From: Candidatus Heimdallarchaeum aukensis
GTDB lineage: Archaea > Asgardarchaeota > Heimdallarchaeia > Heimdallarchaeales > Heimdallarchaeaceae
Assembly (NCBI GenBank): GCA_021513695.1
Contig: CP084166.1
Coordinates: 288,001-352,000 of the forward strand
Reading direction: 5' to 3'
Length of the DNA: 64,000 nt
The position numbers were made by a program, and so were the translations under genes. The notes under the pieces were generated by a model, which was given only the letters and a program-made list of their open reading frames with translations, made no database searches and was not told the DNA's origin. Below, one piece after another: positions 9,565-19,808 of the stretch (position 1 is the first letter of the stretch; the number at the start of each line of letters is the position of its first letter).

Positions 9565-10536
9565 ATGACTAAATCGACTGTAACAAAGAATGGAAACAAA
9601 GATTCAAAGATATTACCAATTACATTAAAGCTATCTGTTATAAGTTTTAATCGTGTTTCTATCCCATCTCATTTAAGCTTCATTGAAACTGGTGATACAA
9701 TAATAGGAACTATTGAACATGAACTATTGCCAAGTCCTCAATATTTAAACAAGCAATTAAGTTCTAATCGAACTATAACTTTAGGTTTCTTAAAAAAACA
9801 ATTTCCTGGAAAAAAGCTACCTGAAAATATAACTATAACTATTAGAGAAGTGATAAAAAAGAAAGAATCTTTGCCCACAGTAAATGTTTTTGGGTATATA
9901 AGAAATCAAGACAAACTAATTTATTTTGATAAGTCTGAATTTTCTTCCTCTTCTCTAAAAAAATTAAAAGATAAAGCGAAGAATAGTGTTGAAATATTAT
10001 ATACAAAAAAAGATAATATGCCGTTTACTATTCTTCAAGGAGATTATTTTAAGGATTTAGATCTTTGGGTAGTTCCTATTATTTTCTATCTTCAAGGAGA
10101 TTTTGGTTTAGTTCCATCTTGCCTGTTACTGCTTTTTGATAAAGTAAACTTTACTAAATTTTCATCAATACAAGATAAGGCTAATCTTTTGATAGAGCGA
10201 TATGTTACTTGGTTAAGTTTTGAAGAAGATTTGAATGAAGAAACAATCAAACTCTTTGCTTTACAGCTGACTCATATAATAGAAACTAATACTTTACCAG
10301 CTTTCTATGGATTACAAGAAATACTAACAATGGAAGATGAACTTAAAAAAAGAATATTGATTATCTGCATTAAAAACAGGAAAAAAAATGGAATTACTTT
10401 AGAAGAGTTATTTGAACATTTAGAAAGTTACAGTGAAGAAGTAGTTAAAAACAAAGTTGAACAATTAGAAAAAGAGAATCTTCTTTTATTATTGGACAAA
10501 AAAACTGAATCATATGATATTTCTTGGTTGTTGTAG
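9565..10536 (+). CDS. Hypothetical protein, 323 aa. Its C-terminus looks like a winged helix (ITLEELFEHLESYSEEVVKNKVEQLEKENLLLL). It is divergent from xpd.
   Basis: Long ORF at a coding-like position 83 nt from the divergent xpd start. I recognise no known motif. Confidence 0.45.
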   Translation: MTKSTVTKNGNKDSKILPITLKLSVISFNRVSIPSHLSFIETGDTIIGTIEHELLPSPQYLNKQLSSNRTITLGFLKKQFPGKKLPENITITIREVIKKKESLPTVNVFGYIRNQDKLIYFDKSEFSSSSLKKLKDKAKNSVEILYTKKDNMPFTILQGDYFKDLDLWVVPIIFYLQGDFGLVPSCLLLLFDKVNFTKFSSIQDKANLLIERYVTWLSFEEDLNEETIKLFALQLTHIIETNTLPAFYGLQEILTMEDELKKRILIICIKNRKKNGITLEELFEHLESYSEEVVKNKVEQLEKENLLLLLDKKTESYDISWLL

Positions 10537-10569
10537 TTAAGGCAATTTGAACTTTAATGAACTCTTTTT

Positions 10570-12093
10570 TTGAAAAAGTTAGTAAAAATATATAAAACTA
10601 CAAAACAATCTTTAATTATGGTGCTTTACTTAGCCAAAATAATTAATTTTTACTCAAGGTTTATTGGTTACATATTGTCTTTTATTGTACCCATCTTTTT
10701 GATAGGAATTATCTCATTAGAAGGAGTATCAGTCGAAGCAATAACCTCATCTTCATTCTTGTTTGCTATTACTATTAGTTGGGGTGTGTTATTAGGAAAT
10801 AGTTTACTACTTTCAATAAATGCAATTATCGTTTCTCTTTCTTTTGATAATGAAGTAAGAAAACTAAAAGAAGAAGGAAAACCAATAGAATCTGCTGAAG
10901 GTTTCAGGAATCTAGAAAGACGTTATAAAATGAGCAACTTTTTTATTTTCGTTATACTTTTTCTAGCTATTCTTTCTTGGTTGTTTTTTAACTTCGCTAT
11001 TAAAATAAAAGAAGAGTTAGCAAAGTTCTTTAACTATGTGATTAGTGAAGAAAAACTAGCTTCTCTTAATCTTTATCTAACTTTAAGCTTTCTACTATTT
11101 ACAGTTGCAGCAACTTTAATTTTTCGTATTCCTTCAATTGCAGACCTAAGAATTGGAACTTTGTTGAAATACTATAAACCTTCAAGACACAAATATGTTT
11201 TGAATTCGTACTTTTATGATGTTGTGTTTAGTTTACTTGATCCTATTACTCGCATCTATTTTTTGAAATGGAGTGAGAAGTCAGTTAAACAATTAAACGA
11301 TGATTTTGCTCCTAAAATTGTTTCTTTGATTGAAAGAAAGAATTTAGCTGTTCAAAACATATTAATTCTATATTATTTACATCATCGATTTCCTAGTTTA
11401 ATTGATTTTGATACTTTAAAAAATGAAATCAAAAGAATTATCCCAGAAGAAAGAGTTGATAACCTATTTTACAGATATGAATTCAACTTAGAAACTTGGA
11501 AAAAGATATTTTCAATCTTACTCAAGAAAAATAGGGACTTATTTTTAATTATTGACAGAATAATATTTACTTTGAAAGAAACACCTTATGTTATGAATTC
11601 TAAGAAATACTGGTTTACTAGTGCTGTTCCTCCAACTCAAAAAAAAGAAGAAAGCCAAGACATTATCTTTTTTGTTTGGAATCGAAATAAAAATTCAGGA
11701 TATTCACCATTTATTTCCTTAAGCTTCATTGGAGCTGATGATCTCTCTCCTCACGATTTTGAAATGTCATTTAAAATACGTAAATATGATGATTTCATTT
11801 TAATTCCTGAAGATTATGATTTTGATAAAAACCCTGATTTACGTTTTTTGGTTAAACTTGTTACAGGGATTGTTTATCAAGGAACAGGTATATGGTTTTC
11901 AGTACATAGCGAGAACATTGGTAGCAATATGATTGCCATCGAGTTTAGAGAAAAAGAAGAACCTTTAGAAACACAGATGTTCAACATGAGAGTAGTTATA
12001 GATTTTAGAACAATTTTACAGTCGTGGGGACCAAGATTACTCGCATCCTTTGGTGTGCTTCTACCTTTAGTCAAAGCAATATTAGGGTTATAA
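10570..12093 (+). CDS. Hypothetical membrane protein, 507 aa. It has 4 to 6 N-terminal TM helices and a soluble C-terminal domain. It is probably co-transcribed with the 9565 gene.
   Basis: Hydrophobic segments: FIGYILSFIVPIFLIGIISL, FLFAITISWGVLLGNSLLL, FFIFVILFLAILSWLFF, LYLTLSFLLFTVAATLIF. There is a 33-nt gap to the upstream gene. Confidence 0.45.
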   Translation: MKKLVKIYKTTKQSLIMVLYLAKIINFYSRFIGYILSFIVPIFLIGIISLEGVSVEAITSSSFLFAITISWGVLLGNSLLLSINAIIVSLSFDNEVRKLKEEGKPIESAEGFRNLERRYKMSNFFIFVILFLAILSWLFFNFAIKIKEELAKFFNYVISEEKLASLNLYLTLSFLLFTVAATLIFRIPSIADLRIGTLLKYYKPSRHKYVLNSYFYDVVFSLLDPITRIYFLKWSEKSVKQLNDDFAPKIVSLIERKNLAVQNILILYYLHHRFPSLIDFDTLKNEIKRIIPEERVDNLFYRYEFNLETWKKIFSILLKKNRDLFLIIDRIIFTLKETPYVMNSKKYWFTSAVPPTQKKEESQDIIFFVWNRNKNSGYSPFISLSFIGADDLSPHDFEMSFKIRKYDDFILIPEDYDFDKNPDLRFLVKLVTGIVYQGTGIWFSVHSENIGSNMIAIEFREKEEPLETQMFNMRVVIDFRTILQSWGPRLLASFGVLLPLVKAILGL

Positions 12094-12156
12094 GTTCTCT
12101 TTTTTTTCTTTTTTATTGATTTACAATATACTTTGGAAAAAATAAGAAAAAGGTTA

Positions 12157-13587
12157 TTACAAATTTGTTGCTTTCTTCTGATAAAGAAAATCACTCAAGA
12201 ACCCTTCATGTGGTGCTGCTAAGTCCATCAAGAAAGAACTTTCATTTACAAAAACTTTATGTATTGATGGTTCACGTAGATACTCTCTTGCCTTTTCTTT
12301 CTTATCTGTTATTACGCTTAAAGCAAGAGTATTTTGTACTAACTCATGAGGTAAATACTCGTTAACTCTTGTTATTGTACCAAATGGAAATGGATACTCA
12401 TCTGTCCTCATTTTATGGTCCTCTTTTAGTTCTAGCAATATAGGAAGTAGATAACCAAATTCTCCGTTAAGATAGAGAAAATCATCATATCCTCTATATT
12501 CAGATGTTAGATCTTTTGTATTTTTCATTCGTTGTCTGATATAACTAGCCAAATTTTTTGCTCCTTCTTTCGTCATTGCAGGGAGTTGGGCTTCTTCTTC
12601 AAGAGGATGATAAGGTTCAATCTTTGCTAGTTTTTTAGCAAGCTTATGCTTAAATTCATCATATCCTTCATCTGAATTATATACTATGCTTGATGCATTA
12701 ATGCATCCTCTTCCTCCATCATAAATTATACTTCTATAAGCTATATCAAGAGCTTGACGCATTCTGTATGTACTCATCTTTTCAGCGTCTATTAATATTT
12801 TAGATCTACCAGGTCCATAAGTTTTGATTTGATTATTTTTTCCATACATCTGAATTGTCCAATCTGAACCAAATACTATCCCTAAATCGCTCTTTGTTAT
12901 TAAAGTATCTACTTCTGCATGTGTTGTTACAAAGTGGAAAAGAGCTTCTGAAGGTATTCCTGCTTCCCATAGTGCCTTGCATATTCTATAACTAGTAAAA
13001 GGTTCACTGCTTGAAGAGCGTATTATTGCTGGAATTTTGAATAATGGGATTAAAGCTCCAAATAAAGCTACTGCTGGATGATTCCCTGGAAGAGCTACTC
13101 CAACGTTTTTTCCTTTAGGACTAAAACCAAACTTTGTTGTCCCTCTTACCCCTACTAGCTTATCATATATTTCTATTTCACTTGTAGGACTGTTAGCTAT
13201 TAGAAAACGTTCTAACTGTTCTTTCTTGAAAAAAGCAGGTATCATTTCTACAGCATTTCTTACTACAGAAATTGGCATTCCAGTAGATAAAGTTATCAGT
13301 TTAATCCAATTATTGAGAGTAGTGCTTTGTCCTCCTATCTCCATTTCTTTAGAAAAAATCTTTCCTGCTTCAACATAGATATCAATAAGATCATCTATTG
13401 GGATTTTTGATAGTTTTCGGAAACCAATCCCTCTATTTATTGGAATAGCCATTTGTATATGTAATTCTGGGGAAAAGCTTATGTTAGTAAGAAATCTTCC
13501 GTTTATTGCTTTTAATGGTACCTTTGTTGAACTTAAATATTCTGTACCATTTCTTAATGTTGGTAAATCACTTAGTAAAGAACTCAT
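12157..13587 (-). CDS. Aldehyde-dehydrogenase-superfamily protein, LuxC-like acyl-CoA reductase family.
   Basis: The ALDH-like motif GPGRSKILIDAE resembles ELGGKSPxIVxxDAD. The catalytic-Cys region GGRGCINASSIVY resembles GQRCxA. The 476 aa length is typical of LuxC. Confidence 0.5.
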   Translation of the reverse strand: MSSLLSDLPTLRNGTEYLSSTKVPLKAINGRFLTNISFSPELHIQMAIPINRGIGFRKLSKIPIDDLIDIYVEAGKIFSKEMEIGGQSTTLNNWIKLITLSTGMPISVVRNAVEMIPAFFKKEQLERFLIANSPTSEIEIYDKLVGVRGTTKFGFSPKGKNVGVALPGNHPAVALFGALIPLFKIPAIIRSSSSEPFTSYRICKALWEAGIPSEALFHFVTTHAEVDTLITKSDLGIVFGSDWTIQMYGKNNQIKTYGPGRSKILIDAEKMSTYRMRQALDIAYRSIIYDGGRGCINASSIVYNSDEGYDEFKHKLAKKLAKIEPYHPLEEEAQLPAMTKEGAKNLASYIRQRMKNTKDLTSEYRGYDDFLYLNGEFGYLLPILLELKEDHKMRTDEYPFPFGTITRVNEYLPHELVQNTLALSVITDKKEKAREYLREPSIHKVFVNESSFLMDLAAPHEGFLSDFLYQKKATNL

Positions 13588-13614
13588 TTTATTTTCAATA
13601 ATTTATCACAAAAA

Positions 13615-13639
13615 TCATTTATAAAGAAGGAAATTTTTT
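13615..13639 (-). promoter_or_regulatory. Promoter element containing a TATA box (TTTATAAA) about 30 nt upstream of the LuxC-like gene start. This 25-nt sequence is identical to the one at 25019..25043.
   Basis: On the + strand it reads 'tcatttataaagaaggaaatttttt'. On the coding (-) strand it reads 'aaaaaatttccttctTTATAAATGA', placing the TATA centre about 34 nt upstream of the ATG. Confidence 0.5.
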
Positions 13640-13832
13640 TGTCTACTTTTTTCTTTTAGACTTTTAAGACAGGTAGTCATAAAATTAATACACACATTTT
13701 AGCACGAGAAATCTCTTGCTCCCATATCTGCAGGAGAAGAATTTTCTTCTCCTATATTATATACAGATTAATCTCTTACTACACTAAGACTAACAAAGAT
13801 TTTTTAAATGTTCAAAAAAAGCAAAAGTTGAT

Positions 13833-15860
13833 TTGCAAATAGGAGAATTATTTAGATTTAACTATTATTTTGAAAATGATGCTGAAAATAAATTCTTTAA
13901 TAACATTTCTCCTAATATTTTAGAATTTGCAAATTTTATAGCAGAGAATTGGTCCGAAATAATAGAATCAAAACTTTCTCCTATCCATCAGAGTAGAATA
14001 GCATATGTTTTAAAAATATACAACTTCAAGGAAGAATTAGAACAATTATATTCTAAATACAAGAATCTATGGGTTGGGACTTATTATCTATGTTTTCTTA
14101 ACAAAGAAATGCGTTTGAAAGATGCACAAGAATTAATTTATTTTTTAGAATCGACTGTAAGTAATTTAGAGTTTTCTCCTTTTCTTTATTTCGATTATAC
14201 TATTGAAAAGATACAATTATACCTTAATAGCAATGAAATTGCGCTGATTAATTCACTAATACAAGAAGCAGAAACTATAATCAATAATGTAAAAGAGAAA
14301 TATCCTGAAAGGGTTATCGTTTATTATACTTCAATTCTAAACTATATTAAAGGAAAAGTTAACAATAAAGTAGGTAAGATTGTTAAAGCAAAAGATTTTT
14401 TTTCTCAAGCAATTAGTATTTTAGAAGATAAAGGTTTAGAAGATCAGTATTTATTAGGTTGTATTTTTTCAGATTTAGCATCAATTTTGTTTTATTTCGA
14501 TTTAGATGAAGCTGAAATTCTTTATAGAAAAAGTTTCAATATTTTTGAATTATTGGGAATAGAAAAAAACCAAAATATTGAGAGAGCAAATTTAGCTTAT
14601 TTGAGGTTTCATAAAGGATATGTAGATGAAAGTCTGGATATCTTGATTGAATCAATGTATTACTTTGAAAAAAAGTTTGATGCTCAAAATCTATTTAAAA
14701 TATATTTATTCCTTAGTGAGGATTTCTTAATATTGAAACATTATGAGAATTCAAAATCATATTTGATGAAATCTTTACAACTAATGGAACAATTAAATTT
14801 TGAAGAAAGTCAACTTTATATCACTGCTCTAGATTATTATTTAGCAACTAACAATGAAAGAGAAGCTGAGATATACCTTAATTTATTCAAAAATTTTATA
14901 GAAAGAGTTCAAGATTCTGAAGAAGATTCAAAATATGTTTTTGAATACTGTTTAAGAATGGCTCAATTTGAATTATTAAAAGAGAATATTTGGAATGCTG
15001 AACAACTACTAATAACAAAATTTGTTTGTGATACGAACATAAAGAGCAACTATTTTCTTCTTAAAAGAAATTCTATTTTAATTGAAGTATATCTTCTAAA
15101 ATTCAGGATTTCTGATGAAAAAAATACAATTATTAATAACATTGTCCATCTCTTTAAGGATAGTCATAATGTTTTAAAGAGATATTTTAGTCTCTTTCAG
15201 TGGATTTATTATACTACACAAGTTTCTCAATTTTTCATAATTATAGACTTTGAGGAGAAAGCAGATACTTTTTTCTACAAAATCAAGGAATCATTAGCTA
15301 AATTTAATATCTCTGACTCAATTTTACTTCAAATTATTAATAATATTGAAGTTGAACTCTTTACAAAATATGACAAGAAAAGCAATCAAGTTATAAAATT
15401 AGTGAATAGTTATCCTTATGAAGTAGAACATTTAGAACTCACAGAAATTGACTTTTTTGAGATGATACAAACTTTTACTCCTTTAAGAGAAAATTTGCTA
15501 ATTTTACAAATTATCGATTTAACTAAAGAAAAAGTACTTTTTTCTTATAATTTTATTGAAGAAAATGGTTTCCTTTCAAACGAGTTATTAGGAGGAATGG
15601 TTTCTCTAATCCTTAAAATATCAAGAGAGATTCCAATAGAAAAAACTAATACCAATTATAATAACTGCCGATTTGTTTCTAATTCTGGATTCTTTGCTAC
15701 AATTTTTCCAATGGAGAATTATTCTTTTTCTTTAATATCTAATTTTTATACACACGATGGTAAATCACGATTGATAAATTATGCAATGGATGTTCATCCT
15801 ATACTTAAAAAAGAAGGATCAAATGAAACTATTTTTAAGAAGATTCAAGAACATTTTTAA
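13833..15860 (+). CDS. Hypothetical helical-repeat (TPR-like) protein, 675 aa.
   Basis: Long ORF whose amphipathic helical repeats are rich in Y/L/E/K, consistent with a TPR-like alpha-solenoid. No catalytic motif is present. Confidence 0.45.
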   Translation: MQIGELFRFNYYFENDAENKFFNNISPNILEFANFIAENWSEIIESKLSPIHQSRIAYVLKIYNFKEELEQLYSKYKNLWVGTYYLCFLNKEMRLKDAQELIYFLESTVSNLEFSPFLYFDYTIEKIQLYLNSNEIALINSLIQEAETIINNVKEKYPERVIVYYTSILNYIKGKVNNKVGKIVKAKDFFSQAISILEDKGLEDQYLLGCIFSDLASILFYFDLDEAEILYRKSFNIFELLGIEKNQNIERANLAYLRFHKGYVDESLDILIESMYYFEKKFDAQNLFKIYLFLSEDFLILKHYENSKSYLMKSLQLMEQLNFEESQLYITALDYYLATNNEREAEIYLNLFKNFIERVQDSEEDSKYVFEYCLRMAQFELLKENIWNAEQLLITKFVCDTNIKSNYFLLKRNSILIEVYLLKFRISDEKNTIINNIVHLFKDSHNVLKRYFSLFQWIYYTTQVSQFFIIIDFEEKADTFFYKIKESLAKFNISDSILLQIINNIEVELFTKYDKKSNQVIKLVNSYPYEVEHLELTEIDFFEMIQTFTPLRENLLILQIIDLTKEKVLFSYNFIEENGFLSNELLGGMVSLILKISREIPIEKTNTNYNNCRFVSNSGFFATIFPMENYSFSLISNFYTHDGKSRLINYAMDVHPILKKEGSNETIFKKIQEHF

Positions 15861-15882
15861 TTTAAATCGTTTTTTAAAGGAT

Positions 15883-17574
15883 ATGAGTTTAGCAATTGAC
15901 ATTTTGTTAATATTACTACCATTTCTAATAGCTTCTATCTTGCTTGTGAAATTTAAGTGGAAGGCAGACACTACAGGAACACTGATATTTGTATTATTTT
16001 TGGTTCTCTCTATTTTTTACTTTAAAACAAATTGGAAAATAGCCTTTCTTACTTCTATTGCTGGATTAGCAAAGAGTTTTCCCATTAGTTTGATGGTTTT
16101 AACGAGCATCTTGATGATGACCTATATGGAAAAAACAGGAGCTCTTGCAAAAGTAGTTGTTTCATTCAAAAAAATAGGTGGAGGAAATAAAGCTTTTCAG
16201 ATTATGATAATTAATCTCTCATTCGGTACATTTCTTGTTTCAATTGGAGCAACACCAGTAACTATGCTTCCTCCAGTTTTAGCAGCAATGGGTTATAGCG
16301 CCTTTGCAGCTGTAGCTCTACCTTCTATAGGTTATGATCCTCTGTGTACATACGCTTTGCTTGCTGTTCCTGCTGTATTCTTTGCTGAATTTATGAATAT
16401 CCCCTTGACAGAATCTGGATTAGCTTTTAGTTATTATATGCCCTTGGTTTCTTTAGGAATAGCTTTAGGTATGCTTTATCTCGCAGGAGGAAAAGACTTA
16501 CTTTTTAGTAAGGATGGGTTCATTTTTGGGATTGTAGGAGGGTTAACTACTGGTGGTTCAGCCATTCTATCGAATTATTTTGGAATTGTTAAACTTACAG
16601 GAGTCGTTTCAGGTTTAATTACTGCAGTAGTTTTAGTAATTTTAGCTTTAATTAAAAAAGTAAAAATAATTGATAATAGCATAATTACAGAAGAAGAAAA
16701 GAAGATAGATCAATCAATGTCTTTAGTAAAAGCGATGTTTCCATGGATTTTACTAATTCTTTTCGTAGCACTTGTCAACTTTATACCTTTTCTTGCAGAC
16801 TTGTTTCATAACCAATTGCCTTTTACATTTAGAATAGGCGAAATTGTTATTTCAACAAGATTTCTTGAGCAAGCTTACTTTTGGGTACTTGTTGCTACAA
16901 TTTTGTCTATACCTATTTTAGGATGGAAAAAAGAACAACTTCTTCAAACTACCAAGAAATGGATAAAAAGAAGTTATCGTCCTGTTTATGCTGCAGCTAT
17001 TTATTTTTCAGTTGCTTTTCTAATGATTTATTCTGGTTATATCTTTCAAAATAATTCTTGGTACAAAATTGCTGAAAATAACATCATATATATCTTAGCA
17101 ACTACATCTGCAAAAGCTTTTGGAAAATTCTATCCATTAATTGTTCCTTTTATAGGCCTGTTAGGTGGCTTTGTAAGTGGATCTGAAACTTCATCAATAG
17201 CTATGTTCACACTCTTACACAAAACAGCCTCAGAGCAAATTGGATTAATTGCAATTGCTGTAGGAACTGCTAATGGTGTAGGAGGAGGGTTAGCTTCTGT
17301 TCTATCTCCTGCAAAAATACAAAATGCTGCAGCTGTAATAGATGAAGTAGGAATTGAAGGAGAAGTGATTAAAAAAAGTGCACCAATTGCGCTCTTAATG
17401 ACTCTTTCTGTAGCGACTTTAAGCTTATGCTGGGCTAACAGTTATATCTGGTGGAAATGGATAATTGCGTTCAGTATCTATTCTTTAATCATAGTATTTT
17501 CATTCTTACTTATTTTTTATAAAGAAAGGTTAAAATCGCTTCTTTTTACTAAAAAAAATCGTCAAAGAAAATAA
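15883..17574 (+). CDS. L-lactate/glycolate permease (LctP family) membrane transporter. I have trimmed the start from the track's 15781 to the ATG at 15883, which removes an 80-nt overlap with the upstream gene.
   Basis: QIMIINLSFGTFLVSIGATPVTMLPPVLAAMGYSAFAAVALPSIGYDPLCTYALLAVPAVFFAEF aligns with E. coli LldP ([59 protein letters not shown]). The protein is polytopic over its whole length. Confidence 0.6.
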   Translation: MSLAIDILLILLPFLIASILLVKFKWKADTTGTLIFVLFLVLSIFYFKTNWKIAFLTSIAGLAKSFPISLMVLTSILMMTYMEKTGALAKVVVSFKKIGGGNKAFQIMIINLSFGTFLVSIGATPVTMLPPVLAAMGYSAFAAVALPSIGYDPLCTYALLAVPAVFFAEFMNIPLTESGLAFSYYMPLVSLGIALGMLYLAGGKDLLFSKDGFIFGIVGGLTTGGSAILSNYFGIVKLTGVVSGLITAVVLVILALIKKVKIIDNSIITEEEKKIDQSMSLVKAMFPWILLILFVALVNFIPFLADLFHNQLPFTFRIGEIVISTRFLEQAYFWVLVATILSIPILGWKKEQLLQTTKKWIKRSYRPVYAAAIYFSVAFLMIYSGYIFQNNSWYKIAENNIIYILATTSAKAFGKFYPLIVPFIGLLGGFVSGSETSSIAMFTLLHKTASEQIGLIAIAVGTANGVGGGLASVLSPAKIQNAAAVIDEVGIEGEVIKKSAPIALLMTLSVATLSLCWANSYIWWKWIIAFSIYSLIIVFSFLLIFYKERLKSLLFTKKNRQRK

Positions 17575-17580
17575 TTTTAC

Positions 17581-17605
17581 TTTTCTTTTTTCTTTTTTTT
17601 TTCCT
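17581..17605 (+). terminator. T-rich tract (ttttcttttttctttttttttt) just after the permease stop, candidate terminator.
   Basis: Direct reading of the oligo-T run. Confidence 0.35.
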
Positions 17606-17680
17606 TATTTTAATTATTGTGGATATCTAAAAATATATATAAATAAGTAAAAATTTCTAATTATAAAGCGATTTTACTTC

Positions 17681-18283
17681 GTGAATATTATGACCTTAGA
17701 ACAATGCAATGTCGGCGATGTGATAAACTACTTACTTCAACAGCAATTATTTAAAGAACCTTTTTACCTAATTGATAGAACTTCAAAGAAGCAAATGAAA
17801 ATAACTTGTAGTTCAAAAATAATTGAGAAAATGTATGAAAAGATTTTTTCTATTTCAAAGTTGTGGGAAGAAAGAGGAGAAATTGATTTTATTGAATCGC
17901 TAACCAATATTTTAGGAATTGAGTTTGAAGAAGTTTATTCGATTTATAAAATTAAGTCAGAAGCTTTAGACGATCGCGAAGAAGCAGAATGCTTGAGATT
18001 TATGTTTGCATTATCTGAGTCTATACATCTCTTTCAAAAGAAAGCGATTGAAGAAGCTCATTTTCAAATATTAAAAAAATTTGATTTTGATAAAGAAGTT
18101 TTAAATCAAGTTTTGGGGATACTAAGTCAAAATGCAGATCAAGACCTATCAATTTATCAAAATTTCTATATTCTAAAGAAGTATTCAGACATCGTAAACA
18201 TCAAATTGGAACAAGTTATTATTTCGAAGGTTTTTAATAAAATTGTAAAAAAAGTGGAAAAATCTTATAAAAAGATGGAGTGA
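17681..18283 (+). CDS. Hypothetical alpha-helical protein, 200 aa.
   Basis: The ORF sits in a clean intergenic slot. No recognisable motif. Confidence 0.4.
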   Translation: MNIMTLEQCNVGDVINYLLQQQLFKEPFYLIDRTSKKQMKITCSSKIIEKMYEKIFSISKLWEERGEIDFIESLTNILGIEFEEVYSIYKIKSEALDDREEAECLRFMFALSESIHLFQKKAIEEAHFQILKKFDFDKEVLNQVLGILSQNADQDLSIYQNFYILKKYSDIVNIKLEQVIISKVFNKIVKKVEKSYKKME

Positions 18284-18446
18284 AAGTAAAAAATTCTTTT
18301 TTTATTATCTCGTTGTTAGTACAAGATTAAAATACTAAGATAATGTTAAGAGAAGAAAAACAAGGAAATTGTATCAAATAAAAGCTACATTACAATGAAT
18401 TTTGGAAAAACTTTTTTAACATGCAAACTATTGAAAAGCGATAGAT

Positions 18447-19790
18447 TTGAACTCATCATTTGATGTTATTATTATTGGAGCTGGTCCTGCAGGATTGATT
18501 CTTGCTTACTCTTTAGGTAAAAATAGATTAAAAGCTCTACTTATAGAACAAAAACCAATGGAATTAATCGGAGAAAAAACATGTGGAGACGCTCTTGGCT
18601 TTGACAGAACAGAGGAACTTAAAGATCTTATTCAAATAGAAGAACCAAACCCAGAAGTTATTTGTGCGATACTTGAAACAGCTCATCTTTCTTCTGAAAA
18701 TAAGTTTGAGATAAGTATACCTTTTCAATGTAGAACAATTAACAGATTAAAGTATGGTCAACAATTGTTAAAAAATATACAACAATTTTCAACTGTTTCT
18801 ATATTGACAGAAACAAAGGTTGTTGAGCCAATTATTACAAATGATAAACTAGAAGGAGTAGTCATCAGAAATAAAGAAGGAAAGAAAAGCAAGTTTTATG
18901 CTAAAATAATAGTAGATTGTTCTGGATATACTGCAATAATAAGAAAACAGCTTCCTAGTAATTTATTTCCTAAAATAAATCAAGTAGGTAGAGAAGAAAC
19001 TATTGTTTCATGTCGAGAAATTATTCAAACAAAAGAAGAACATTCTTTTCAAAAGCAAATGAGAATAGAGTTACATCCTGAGCTTCCTCCTCCTGGTTAT
19101 TTCTGGATTTTTTCAAAAGGTAAAAAGAAGTTGAACATAGGGGTAGGTTGGTTAATTAATGAACAAAATAAGAAAATTAAACCCAGTGTCATACTTGAAA
19201 AAATAAGGAAAAAGATTTTCCCAGAATGTACAGTTATTAAACATGATACTGATTTACTCCCAGGACGGTTACCTCTGTATTCGATGGTTGGAGACAATTT
19301 TATTGTTTGTGGAGATGCAGCTGCTCTAGCTAACCCTATTAACGGAGAAGGACATGGGCCAGCTTTAATATCTGGATATTATGCTGCCAGTACAATTATT
19401 TCAGCATTAGAAAGAGAAGATTTTTCAGAAAGATCTTTATGGAAATATAATGTTGAGATTTGGAAGAAATTTGGTTATTTAGGTAGTATGGGAATAGCTA
19501 TTCATAAATTTTTAAAGAAATACCCAATATCAGATTTTGAATACTTATTTACTAATGGTATCATAACTCAAGAAGATGTTAATAATATTCTTTACGATCT
19601 TGGTTATAAGCCTTCTATTTTTAATAAATTCATAAAAGCAATGAAGAGACCTAAACTTATGCTTAGGTTAGTAAGAATGATTTTAATTGCAAGAAAAATA
19701 GAAAAATTATGCCTTTCTTATCCAACAGAAGAAAAAGATTTCAATAAATGGAAAAGAAAAATGGTTAAACTAGAATTAAGAGAGTTGTAG
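18447..19790 (+). CDS. FAD-dependent oxidoreductase of the geranylgeranyl reductase family (archaeal digeranylgeranylglycerophospholipid-reductase-like).
   Basis: N-terminal Rossmann fold FDVIIIGAGPAGLILAYSL is followed by ...IEQKP...GEKTCGDALG, matching the GGR PxxxxGDKPCGD signature. The first codon is TTG. Confidence 0.65.
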   Translation: MNSSFDVIIIGAGPAGLILAYSLGKNRLKALLIEQKPMELIGEKTCGDALGFDRTEELKDLIQIEEPNPEVICAILETAHLSSENKFEISIPFQCRTINRLKYGQQLLKNIQQFSTVSILTETKVVEPIITNDKLEGVVIRNKEGKKSKFYAKIIVDCSGYTAIIRKQLPSNLFPKINQVGREETIVSCREIIQTKEEHSFQKQMRIELHPELPPPGYFWIFSKGKKKLNIGVGWLINEQNKKIKPSVILEKIRKKIFPECTVIKHDTDLLPGRLPLYSMVGDNFIVCGDAAALANPINGEGHGPALISGYYAASTIISALEREDFSERSLWKYNVEIWKKFGYLGSMGIAIHKFLKKYPISDFEYLFTNGIITQEDVNNILYDLGYKPSIFNKFIKAMKRPKLMLRLVRMILIARKIEKLCLSYPTEEKDFNKWKRKMVKLELREL

Positions 19791-19808
19791 TTCAGCTGTT
19801 CTTGAGTT

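Noticed and set aside
15781-15882. The track's upstream start at 15781 for the lactate permease ORF, which overlaps the preceding gene by 80 nt.
   Set aside because: The N-terminal extension (MQWMFILYLKKKDQMKLFLRRFK...) has no transporter-like character and overlaps the TPR-like protein. The ATG at 15883, immediately before the first TM helix, is the more plausible start.
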